64,000 nt of DNA from Ignavibacteriota bacterium (lineage in GTDB: Bacteria; Bacteroidota; Ignavibacteria; Kapaibacteriales; UBA2268). The notes under the pieces are model-generated. The model was not told where the DNA came from, did no database searches, and saw only the letters and a program-made list of their open reading frames with translations. This document shows, one piece after another, positions 43,869-51,715 of this stretch (position 1 is its first letter; each line of letters opens with the position of its first letter). The translations under genes were made by a program, and so were the position numbers. The DNA lies in the NCBI GenBank assembly GCA_020437395.1, contig JAGQWJ010000004.1:22475-86474 (forward strand). The letters run 5' to 3'.

Positions 43869-45221
43869 ATGATATTTTCACAAGATTATAGAAATCATTA
43901 CAAGGAAAACTTAAGATTAGGATTCCCAGTTATTATGGGTCAAGTAGGACACATGATGACTTCGTTAGTAGATAATGCTATGGTAGGTAACATCAATAGT
44001 ACATTGCTAGCCGCTTCTTCCCTTGCAAATACTGTCTTCATAATGATCTACATTTTCGGATTGGGGTTATCTATAGGACTGACTCCGGCTGTAGGTCGTG
44101 CTTATGGCAATGAGAAGCATGGACAAATAGCATCTTATCTAAAAAATGGTAAGATTATCTACCTGTGGACAGGATTTATGTTGACCATAGCGATGTGGGT
44201 AGCGTCATATTTCTTTGACAAACTTGATCAGCCGGCAGAAGTCGTAGTAGAGGCAATCCCCTATTTTCTGACACTATCTATTTCGATGGTGCCGTTTATG
44301 TACTATATGTCATTAAAGCAATTTGCTGAGGGTGTAACACTTACTATGCCTGCTATGTGGGCTGGTTTGGCTGGGAATGTGGTAAACGTAATCTTGAATT
44401 ACCTACTTATATATGGTGAATTAGGTTTTCCTAGATGGGAGTTATTCGGAGCTGGTGTTGCTACTACTATTGCTCGATCACTTATGGCTGTGTTTCTATT
44501 CATAATACTAAGTAGAGACAAAAGGGTACAAAAATATTTACGTGCGGCTAAACGACTTAAGATACGTAGAGAAAGTGTAGTCAACTTACTGAAAATTGGT
44601 GTGCCAATTGGCTTTCAATTCGTTTTAGAAGTTAGTGCTTTTGTAGCTGGGACTATTATGATGGGGTGGCTAGGTGTATTCCCTCTTGCTGCTCACCAGA
44701 TTGCTATTAGTTTATCTGCCTTAGCATTCTTAGTAGCTACTGGAATTGCAACAGCAGCAACTATAAGGGTTAGTAATTTCCTTGGCAATGAAAAATATCA
44801 TAAAATGCGCGTTGCGGGCAACTCTGCTTATGTAATGGGTATGGCTCTGATGATATTTACAGCATTGTGTTTTATATTCCTTGGCCGTCAAATATCTATG
44901 ATATTTACTAACGATGAGATGGTAATAGCAATTTCTACACAACTATTGATAATTGCTGGATTTTTCCAAATTGTTGATGGTGCACAGGCAGTGGGTCTTG
45001 GTATTCTACGTGGCTTGGAAGATGTTAAGATACCAACTATAATAGTAGTAATTGCCTATTGGGTACTTAGTATTCCCCTTTCATATATTTTCGCTTTCAC
45101 ATTTGATATGGGTGCAGAAGGCGTTTGGTACGGTTATCTTGCTGGTCTTAGCTTCTCTGGCGTATTTTTATACTTAAGATTCCTGCATTATTCGAAGAAG
45201 CTTTCAGGGAAAATGGTATAG
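43869..45221 (+). CDS. MATE-family multidrug efflux transporter
   Basis: 450 aa with about 12 TM segments and the two-lobe MatE repeat pattern (N-terminal GFPVIMGQVGHMM..., second lobe LKIGVPIGFQFVLE). Confidence 0.9.
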   Translation: MIFSQDYRNHYKENLRLGFPVIMGQVGHMMTSLVDNAMVGNINSTLLAASSLANTVFIMIYIFGLGLSIGLTPAVGRAYGNEKHGQIASYLKNGKIIYLWTGFMLTIAMWVASYFFDKLDQPAEVVVEAIPYFLTLSISMVPFMYYMSLKQFAEGVTLTMPAMWAGLAGNVVNVILNYLLIYGELGFPRWELFGAGVATTIARSLMAVFLFIILSRDKRVQKYLRAAKRLKIRRESVVNLLKIGVPIGFQFVLEVSAFVAGTIMMGWLGVFPLAAHQIAISLSALAFLVATGIATAATIRVSNFLGNEKYHKMRVAGNSAYVMGMALMIFTALCFIFLGRQISMIFTNDEMVIAISTQLLIIAGFFQIVDGAQAVGLGILRGLEDVKIPTIIVVIAYWVLSIPLSYIFAFTFDMGAEGVWYGYLAGLSFSGVFLYLRFLHYSKKLSGKMV

Positions 45222-45272
45222 GTTCTGATTTTGAGATTGATTAGATAAATTTATATTTTTAATAGCTTGTCT

Positions 45273-45295
45273 ATCCTGAACGAAGTGAAGGATCC
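45273..45295 (-). repeat. Copy C1 (inverted, compact) of the interspersed motif: ATCCTGAACGAAGTGAAGGATCC
   Basis: Its reverse complement GGATCCTTCACTTCGTTCAGGAT aligns with copies A, B and C2. It is itself a small hairpin (ATCCT / AGGAT arms). Confidence 0.55.
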
Positions 45296-45331
45296 AGGAC
45301 TAGAAATAATTAGTGCTAAATACTGTTTCCT

Positions 45332-45368
45332 AGATTCTTCAAATTACTTCGTAATTTATCAGAATGAC
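45332..45368 (+). repeat. Copy C2 of the interspersed motif: AGATTCTTCAAATTACTTCGTAATTTATCAGAATGAC
   Basis: Forms an inverted pair with C1, 36 nt away, and differs from it by two short insertions. Confidence 0.55.
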
Positions 45369-45419
45369 TGCTCTATTCATCAATTTTTCGATAAAACTTT
45401 CAACGTATCATCTGTTTTA

Positions 45420-46373
45420 TCATAACTCAAACTTGAAATCTACATTAGCTACCATAGCTCTTGTCAGTCCATCAGCTCTGATTTCACGAGTAACAACGGG
45501 AAAGCCAATATTCAATCCAAAAGTATGCTTTTCAGTTACTTTATAGTTCAATCCTGCTATTATGTTTAGAGTCAGACCATCAGAATTCATAATTGTAATA
45601 TCATTAACTTTATAGTCTTCATAAATGGATTCTACTAATCTATAGACTGGTAGAATTCCTGCCATCAATTTTAAATCGTTCTGGACATTAAAGTATTTCT
45701 CAATTTTTAACATTACATCACTCCCCCGTTTGAAATTTTTAGAGGATTGATAATTTTTCCAGTTTAAATAGTATTCATCGGAAAAACCTGGAATTGGCTC
45801 AACGAGAGCACTATTTTCAATAAAAGAATTCTCATTTCTATTAAGCGGGATTTGTAACCCCGTTGAAACAACCCAATCATCGATGTTTGCTGCTAATAAA
45901 AATATCACATCATTCGTACCGTTGCTAGTCTGATAAACCATAGGCATCGACAAGTCATCTTCATTTCGCAAATCTGCTTTATTTGTGGCCATTTTCACAC
46001 CTCCAGCTACCGAAAGCGATAAGTTTTCTTCAGAATATAACTTAGAACTTAGCAATACTGTCAAATCACCTAGACCATTTGTTTGACCCAAAGTACCTGA
46101 TGTGAGCGTGAAAGGAATCTTAGCTACTATTCCAAAATCTGAGAAGTTAGCTCCAAATTCAACACCTGTGGAATTGATTAATACAGATTCATCGCCTACT
46201 CCAATAGTATTACTTAATCCAAGCGTATAATGCATTTCATCTGTCCCCGTTGAATCATGTTCTACCATATTAAATGAGCAAAGCCCTGCATCCGAGCAAC
46301 CCTGAGAAAATACATTTATAGGATTGAACAAAAAACCAAAAAGCAATAGAGCTAATATTATTGATAATTTCAT
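45420..46373 (-). CDS. Putative outer-membrane beta-barrel protein (unknown family)
   Basis: 317 aa. Signal peptide, a QGCSDAGLCS motif after the cleavage region, alternating amphipathic strands, and a C-terminal VDFKFEL. Confidence 0.5.
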   Translation of the reverse strand: MKLSIILALLLFGFLFNPINVFSQGCSDAGLCSFNMVEHDSTGTDEMHYTLGLSNTIGVGDESVLINSTGVEFGANFSDFGIVAKIPFTLTSGTLGQTNGLGDLTVLLSSKLYSEENLSLSVAGGVKMATNKADLRNEDDLSMPMVYQTSNGTNDVIFLLAANIDDWVVSTGLQIPLNRNENSFIENSALVEPIPGFSDEYYLNWKNYQSSKNFKRGSDVMLKIEKYFNVQNDLKLMAGILPVYRLVESIYEDYKVNDITIMNSDGLTLNIIAGLNYKVTEKHTFGLNIGFPVVTREIRADGLTRAMVANVDFKFEL

Positions 46374-46580
46374 ATTTATATTAATTGTTTTTATTATTAG
46401 ATATTAATATAAAACAATTGGATTACAATTCGGTAAGTATTATGATTTATTTATAAAAAATGTCAACTCAAATACTTTTTATTGAAAAGAATAAGACATT
46501 AACAATACGAGACTTTTAGAATTAATAGATATAATTGAGCATAATAATTAAAATAAATTTGATATTTTTTTTAATAATGT

Positions 46581-46611
46581 TTTGTAAATTAAACAAAACT
46601 CCCTATTTTTG
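46581..46611 (+). promoter_or_regulatory. tRNA-Glu promoter: -33 TTTG (46581..46584) and -7 TATTTTTG (46604..46611)
   Basis: Both Bacteroidota sigma-A elements are present with 19-nt spacing. The tRNA 5-prime end lies 22 nt downstream. Confidence 0.5.
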
Positions 46612-46633
46612 TATTCGAATTTTTTACGAAAAT

Positions 46634-46705
46634 GGTCCCTTCGTCTAGTGGTTAGGACTCCGCCCTTTCACGGCGGCAACAGGGGTTCAAATCCCCTAGG
46701 GATCA
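46634..46705 (+). tRNA. tRNA-Glu (anticodon UUC)
   Basis: Folded by hand. Acceptor GGTCCCT/AGGGATC (one G-U pair), D arm GTCT..AGGA(C), anticodon stem CCGCC/GGCGG with loop CTTTCAC, T arm AGGGG-TTCAAAT-CCCCT, discriminator A. CCA is not encoded. Confidence 0.93.
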
Positions 46706-46707
46706 CA

Positions 46708-46746
46708 CAAAGCTCGTTCATAGAAATATGAACGAGCTTTTTTTTA
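46708..46746. terminator. Hairpin terminator after tRNA-Glu (also faces the convergent peptidase-like gene)
   Basis: AAAGCTCGTTCA / TGAACGAGCTTT 12-bp stem followed by a T8 run. Confidence 0.8.
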
Positions 46747-46756
46747 TCATTACTAA

Positions 46757-47893
46757 TTATTCGAATCTTGTTTTCAATTCATTCCTTATATACTCATTTA
46801 GATTTTCCCTTTTGACTCCTAAATACTTTGAAATTGTGCCATAGAATTCTTCGTCTGTCTTTCCACTTTTCAAAATTCCTTTTAATTCTTGATAACCTCC
46901 TTTCTCAAACACTTTTCCTATTATATATCCTCCAAGAGCATACTTAAAATTAGTATATTGGTCTATTGTCATATAATCGAGCATATTTGATAAGTTTATA
47001 TCGGGGTTGTTTTGTAAGTGTAAATTTACTTTTCTCAAATGCCAATCTAATTCTTTACCTCTACTCATACCAAAGTATGTTGCTAATCCTTCGTTGAGCC
47101 ATAAATGGCAATTTGGGAAATAGGGGTTTATTAAAATATGAATAATCTCATGGGGATAATATTCACCCAAGCCAGTTGAGTAAACTATTCTATTATCAGC
47201 ATCCGCCTTGCCTGACGGTATTCCCTTACCATTGTCACCTATAAGAAAATCAAATCCTTTTATCCTTTGTATCTCTTCATTAGTTGGAGCAAAGTAGTAA
47301 TCAATAGTATCTAAAGGTACATCAAAATTCTCACTAAAATCTATAACGAAGTCATTTAGCTTATTTGCTAAATCATAATTGAATTCATGATACTTAGGAT
47401 AATGGAATTTAATAAAACCGACTTGCGAGCTATTTAGATTTAACTTTGTATTGACCCCTAAAGCATTAAATAATTTCAACTCACCTTCATCTAAGCCAGC
47501 ATAAACATGAAGTATATATTGGATATTCGATTCTCCTTCTTCCATCAGGTCAAATTCTATAATGGATGTTATTTTGTGGTACTCTCCTACTTGCCTCACG
47601 CTCAATATTTTAATATTTGTATATGTTAGTAGCTTCAAGAAATTATCAGATCCGAATTGCAATTCGTTTTCAGCTAGGAAATAAGCAGAATCTGAGTATT
47701 TCTCAAGTTCAGCTTTATTCCAATACTTAGCACCTAATGAGTCGTCTTCGGTTTTTAAAAAGTTAATCCATAAATTGAGCGGCTCACCGATATCAAATAC
47801 GGTAGTATCTAAATCATAATTAGTATATATCCCTGAAGAGTACGCTTTAGAACTTAAAGTACATATTAATAAAACTAGTAAAGTAATTTTCAT
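46757..47893 (-). CDS. Secreted putative gluzincin (MA-clan) metallopeptidase
   Basis: 378 aa with a signal peptide. HEIIH, followed 16 residues later by NEGLATYFG (HExxH...E arrangement). Confidence 0.55.
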   Translation of the reverse strand: MKITLLVLLICTLSSKAYSSGIYTNYDLDTTVFDIGEPLNLWINFLKTEDDSLGAKYWNKAELEKYSDSAYFLAENELQFGSDNFLKLLTYTNIKILSVRQVGEYHKITSIIEFDLMEEGESNIQYILHVYAGLDEGELKLFNALGVNTKLNLNSSQVGFIKFHYPKYHEFNYDLANKLNDFVIDFSENFDVPLDTIDYYFAPTNEEIQRIKGFDFLIGDNGKGIPSGKADADNRIVYSTGLGEYYPHEIIHILINPYFPNCHLWLNEGLATYFGMSRGKELDWHLRKVNLHLQNNPDINLSNMLDYMTIDQYTNFKYALGGYIIGKVFEKGGYQELKGILKSGKTDEEFYGTISKYLGVKRENLNEYIRNELKTRFE

Positions 47894-47996
47894 TAAAATC
47901 GTTATATTTATTTGACATAAAACTTGTTACGTCTCTTTTATTTAGTTAGTTGCAAATCAACTTTGAATAATAAATAAGAAAATACAATTGAATATA

Positions 47997-48008
47997 TGTT
48001 AAAACGTT
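47997..48008 (+). promoter_or_regulatory. Candidate ArsR/BigR-type operator, site 1 (TGTTAAAACGTT)
   Basis: This 12-mer (extended form TGTTAAAACGTTnnTATA) recurs inverted at 48355..48366. It is flanked by ATATA/TATAT arms and abuts the -7 box. Confidence 0.4.
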
Positions 48009-48010
48009 AG

Positions 48011-48018
48011 TATATTTG
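48011..48018 (+). promoter_or_regulatory. -7 promoter box TATATTTG just upstream of the ArsR-family gene
   Basis: Exact TAnnTTTG match ending 4 nt before the ATG, which implies a very short leader or a leaderless mRNA. Confidence 0.35.
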
Positions 48019-48022
48019 TAAG

Positions 48023-48334
48023 ATGAAAAATACAGAAAAAAATATAGAAGCTAAAAGACTGGAACAAGTAGCCAAAATCTTGAAAACTATAGCACACCCC
48101 GTAAAATTGGAAGTGCTAGAGTTACTGGGTAAACATGAGCCGCTGTCAGTATCTTCCATTTGTGAGAGTATCAATACAGATTGTGAGATATCAATGATGT
48201 CGCACCATCTAGCCAAAATGAAGGATAATGGGATTCTCGTTTCAACGAAAGATGGTAAACAAGTTTACTATAGTATAGCAGACAGAAAACTATTGAAGAT
48301 ATTCAATTGTATGGATAACTGCGATTTACTGTAG
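48023..48334 (+). CDS. ArsR/SmtB-family regulator (BigR/SqrR-like candidate persulfide sensor)
   Basis: 103 aa. Winged-HTH block HPVKLEVLELL...SHHLAKMKDNGILVSTKDGKQVYYS. Two Cys pairs: SSICESINTDC and C-terminal FNCMDNC. Confidence 0.88.
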   Translation: MKNTEKNIEAKRLEQVAKILKTIAHPVKLEVLELLGKHEPLSVSSICESINTDCEISMMSHHLAKMKDNGILVSTKDGKQVYYSIADRKLLKIFNCMDNCDLL

Positions 48335-48354
48335 TTTTTTTACCTTATTATATG

Positions 48355-48366
48355 AACGTTTTAACA
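48355..48366 (-). promoter_or_regulatory. Candidate ArsR/BigR-type operator, site 2 (AACGTTTTAACA, the reverse complement of site 1)
   Basis: Identical 12-mer in inverted orientation, in the 51-nt gap between the regulator gene and the TauE gene. Confidence 0.4.
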
Positions 48367-48385
48367 AATGATAAATAGATAATTA

Positions 48386-49180
48386 ATGGAAATACTTGGA
48401 TACGTAATGGCGTTAGTAATAGGAACCTCTCTTGGATTGATAGGTGGAGGTGGCTCTATACTTGCAGTGCCAATACTAGCATATTTATTTTCATTGAACG
48501 AGACTTTTGCAACATCTTATTCATTGTTTGTAGTTGGGTCATCATCCCTTGTTGGTGGTTTAAGGCAAAGTAAGAACGACAATGTAGATTGGAGAACGGC
48601 TTTTGTATTCGGTGCACCTGCTATAGTTGGGGTCTGGATTATTAGGCATTATGTAGTACCTGCATTACCAGAGGAAATGTTTAGTCTAGAGGGATTTATA
48701 TTTACTAGACGAATGTTGATGTTTGGAGTTTTCTCAATACTGATGGTATGGGCAGCAAACTCTATGCTTTCCAACAAGGAAAGAAAAGGAGGTACGGGTG
48801 ATAAGAAATACAATTATCCTTTGATAATAGCAGAAGGCTTGGTAGTTGGTGGTATTACAGGTTTCGTAGGAGCTGGCGGTGGTTTTCTAATAATACCCGC
48901 ACTTGTAGTACTAGCAAATTTAGAAATTAAAAAGGCAATTGGAACATCTCTAATTATCATAGCCCTAAAATCATTGTTGGGGTTTTTCTTAAGCGATGCT
49001 CTAACATTGGACATAGATTGGAATTTTTTGATCATATTTACGTCCATTACAATAGTAGGGATTTTTGTCGGTGTTACAATTGGTAAATTAGTTGACGGTA
49101 AAAAATTGAAAAAAGGATTCGGTTATTTTATAATAATGATGGCCGTATTTATATTCCTTATGGAATTTATAATTAGATAA
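48386..49180 (+). CDS. TauE/SafE-family sulfite/sulfur-anion exporter
   Basis: 264 aa with about 8 TM segments. The duplicated blocks GGGGSILAVP and GAGGGFLIIPALV are typical of TauE. Confidence 0.88.
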   Translation: MEILGYVMALVIGTSLGLIGGGGSILAVPILAYLFSLNETFATSYSLFVVGSSSLVGGLRQSKNDNVDWRTAFVFGAPAIVGVWIIRHYVVPALPEEMFSLEGFIFTRRMLMFGVFSILMVWAANSMLSNKERKGGTGDKKYNYPLIIAEGLVVGGITGFVGAGGGFLIIPALVVLANLEIKKAIGTSLIIIALKSLLGFFLSDALTLDIDWNFLIIFTSITIVGIFVGVTIGKLVDGKKLKKGFGYFIIMMAVFIFLMEFIIR

Positions 49181-49206
49181 GAATATTAACAAATGAGATT
49201 AATTAT

Positions 49207-50613
49207 ATGAACATAGAACAAATATACACAGGATGTTTAGCGCAAGGTGCTTATTACATCACATCAAAAGGAGAGGCGGCTATAATAGACCCTTTGAGGG
49301 AAACTAAACCGTATTTGGAAAGATTAGAAAAAGACAATGTAAAACTAAAGTACATATTCGAAACTCATTTCCATGCAGATTTCGTTAGTGGTCACTTAGA
49401 TTTAAGTAAACAAACAGGAGCTCCGATTATTTACGGACCTACTGCTAAACCTGAATTTGAAGCTATTGAAGCCAAAGATGATCAAATATTCGAATTGGGA
49501 GATATCAAAATCAAAGTATTGCACACACCAGGTCATACTATGGAAAGTACTTCATATCTTTTGATAGACGAGAATGGTAAAGAAACAGCACTATTTAGCG
49601 GTGATACACTTTTCCTAGGTGATGTAGGAAGACCTGACCTAGCACAAAAAGCAGCTAGTATGACTCAAGATGAGTTAGCTGGGATGCTTTACGACAGTTT
49701 AAACAATAAGATTTTACCTTTGCCGAATGACTTAATAGTTTATCCGGCACACGGAGCTGGTTCAGCGTGTGGTAAAAATATGATGACAGAAACGGTTGAT
49801 ACACTCGGCAATCAAAAGAAAGTAAACTATGCTCTTAATCAACCTAATAAAGAAGCATTTGTCAAAGCAGTAACAGATGGATTAACTCCGCCTCCTGCAT
49901 ACTTTGGGATGAATGTAGCGATGAATAAGAAAGGTTATGAGAATTTTGATATAGTATTGATTCAGGGTATGAAAGCACTATCTGTAGAAGATTTTGAAGC
50001 TGTTGCTGAGAATAGTGGAGCATTAATCTTAGACACTAGAGATGCTAGTGACTTTTCAAAAGGATTTATACCTCAATCTATTAACATAGGAATAGATGGA
50101 GATTTTGCTCCTTGGGTAGGTTCTATGATAGTAGATGTCAATCAGCCAATACTACTAGTTACAGATAAAGGTAGAGAAGAAGAATCCATAACTAGACTTA
50201 GTAGAGTCGGTTTCGATAATGTATTGGGACACCTGAAAGGTGGATTTGAAGCATGGGAAGACAAAGAAAAAGATACAGTTAATAGAATTACTCCTGAACA
50301 ATTTGCCAAAGAAGTAAAAATCGGTGAAAGCAAGATAGTAGATATCCGTAAAGAGAGTGAATACGAGGCCGAGCACGTTGATGAAGCATATAATAAACCG
50401 CTTGCATATATTAATAATTGGATAAAGGATGTAAATCCAGAAGAACATTTCTATGTGCATTGTGCTGGTGGTTACAGGAGTATGATAGCTGCAAGTATAT
50501 TGCAAGCCAGAGGGTATAGAAACTTCACAGAAGTTGAAGGTGGATTCGATGCAATAGGAAAAACAAATATTCCAAAAACAGATTTTGTATGTCAAACTAA
50601 AGTATATCAATAA
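49207..50613 (+). CDS. Persulfide dioxygenase (MBL fold) fused to two rhodanese domains (CstB/Blh-like)
   Basis: 468 aa. HFHADFVSG, HTPGHT and GD..F.GDVGRPD blocks of ETHE1-type PDO, followed by two rhodanese modules. The second carries the active-site loop HCAGGYRS. Confidence 0.88.
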   Translation: MNIEQIYTGCLAQGAYYITSKGEAAIIDPLRETKPYLERLEKDNVKLKYIFETHFHADFVSGHLDLSKQTGAPIIYGPTAKPEFEAIEAKDDQIFELGDIKIKVLHTPGHTMESTSYLLIDENGKETALFSGDTLFLGDVGRPDLAQKAASMTQDELAGMLYDSLNNKILPLPNDLIVYPAHGAGSACGKNMMTETVDTLGNQKKVNYALNQPNKEAFVKAVTDGLTPPPAYFGMNVAMNKKGYENFDIVLIQGMKALSVEDFEAVAENSGALILDTRDASDFSKGFIPQSINIGIDGDFAPWVGSMIVDVNQPILLVTDKGREEESITRLSRVGFDNVLGHLKGGFEAWEDKEKDTVNRITPEQFAKEVKIGESKIVDIRKESEYEAEHVDEAYNKPLAYINNWIKDVNPEEHFYVHCAGGYRSMIAASILQARGYRNFTEVEGGFDAIGKTNIPKTDFVCQTKVYQ

Positions 50614-50634
50614 TTTAATAATAAGAGAAATAAT

Positions 50635-50949
50635 ATGATACAATTAATCAAAAATCTAATGGGACAACAAGATAACTCAGAGTTGATTAGCGCTATAGAA
50701 AGTGGTGCTTATTTAGTTGATGTAAGAAGTCCTGCAGAGTTCAACGGTGGTAGTGTAAAGGGTGCAGTAAATATTCCTTTGGACTCAGTACCAAATCAAA
50801 TATCAAAATTCAAGGGTAAGAAAGGTGTAGTTGTCTTCTGTCAAAGTGGAGCAAGAAGCGGCGTAGCCAAAGGTATATTAGAGAAAAATGGGATTCAAAA
50901 TGTAATAAATGGTGGTGGCCACAGTAACGTAAGAAAGTGCGTTAAGTAA
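50635..50949 (+). CDS. Single-domain rhodanese sulfurtransferase
   Basis: 104 aa. Active-site loop FCQSGARS. Confidence 0.88.
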   Translation: MIQLIKNLMGQQDNSELISAIESGAYLVDVRSPAEFNGGSVKGAVNIPLDSVPNQISKFKGKKGVVVFCQSGARSGVAKGILEKNGIQNVINGGGHSNVRKCVK

Positions 50950-50982
50950 AAATTAAAATAATTCGATTACCCCATAATCACT

Positions 50983-51018
50983 TCAAAGCCCTGACGTAGA
51001 AATACTGATGGGCTTTGA
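50983..51018 (+). terminator. Hairpin after the rhodanese gene
   Basis: TCAAAGCCC / GGGCTTTGA 9-bp stem with an 18-nt loop and only a weak T tract. Confidence 0.4.
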
Positions 51019-51030
51019 TGTTTATACCAA

Positions 51031-51060
51031 CAAAAAACCTTGCTTTTGATGCAAGGCTTT
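51031..51060 (-). terminator. Rho-independent terminator for the minus-strand T9SS cargo gene
   Basis: On the minus strand: CCTTGC-ATCAAAA-GCAAGG followed by TTTTTT. Confidence 0.65.
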
Positions 51061-51087
51061 AAGAATAATAGTTTAATAAACTAGAGC

Positions 51088-51702
51088 TTAAAACTTAATT
51101 ATCTTATTACTGATAATTTCATCGCCTGACTGTATTCTGTAAATATACGTGCCAGTAGTTAGATAGTTTAGATTCAAGTTTATACTATTCAATCCATTAG
51201 GAAGGTTTTGCTCAAACTGTTCCAGAACAACACCCTGCATGTTTACTAATGTAAATTTGATGTGAGAATCTGAATTCAAATTGAATTTTACTAAAAAGTT
51301 GTTTTCAATTGGTGTTTGTGGGTTATATATTAAAAATAGATTCTTAGGTTTTAGTTTTTCCGTTTGCTCATTTATTTTATTCATTGAACTTTCGTTATAT
51401 CTAACCCAATTTCTACCATCTAAAGTTAAATACTCTTTCCCATTTTCTTTAGTATATATAATCGGTTGCATTGGCGTTTTTGAAACGTAAGAGGGAATAT
51501 CCAATTTATTCTCACTGGTTGCCTCTTTTGTTAAAAAAGATTTATAGTTGTTTATTTGTGTTATTTCCGAGCCATCGCTTCTTTCGAATATCATCACTTG
51601 ATTATTGTTTATTAAAACTCCTCCAAATGGAGCAGTTTCTTTTACAATTTGTGATAAAGCAATAAAAGGTAGTAATAGTAAAATATATATTAATAATTTC
51701 AT
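51088..51702 (-). CDS. Small secreted protein with T9SS C-terminal sorting domain
   Basis: 204 aa with a signal peptide. C-terminus LIYNPQTPIENNFLVKFNL...LTTGTYIYRIQSGDEIISNKIIKF. Confidence 0.6.
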   Translation of the reverse strand: MKLLIYILLLLPFIALSQIVKETAPFGGVLINNNQVMIFERSDGSEITQINNYKSFLTKEATSENKLDIPSYVSKTPMQPIIYTKENGKEYLTLDGRNWVRYNESSMNKINEQTEKLKPKNLFLIYNPQTPIENNFLVKFNLNSDSHIKFTLVNMQGVVLEQFEQNLPNGLNSINLNLNYLTTGTYIYRIQSGDEIISNKIIKF

Positions 51703-51715
51703 TTTGTTTACCTTT

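Noticed and set aside
45364-45546. A 60-aa ORF at the MATE/OMP junction.
   Set aside because: It starts inside repeat copy C2 and overlaps the 3-prime end of the minus-strand barrel gene.
50155-50643. A 162-aa ORF antisense to the persulfide dioxygenase-rhodanese gene.
   Set aside because: It lies almost entirely inside a confidently identified gene. Its product is I/F/Y/C-rich, with no recognisable motif.
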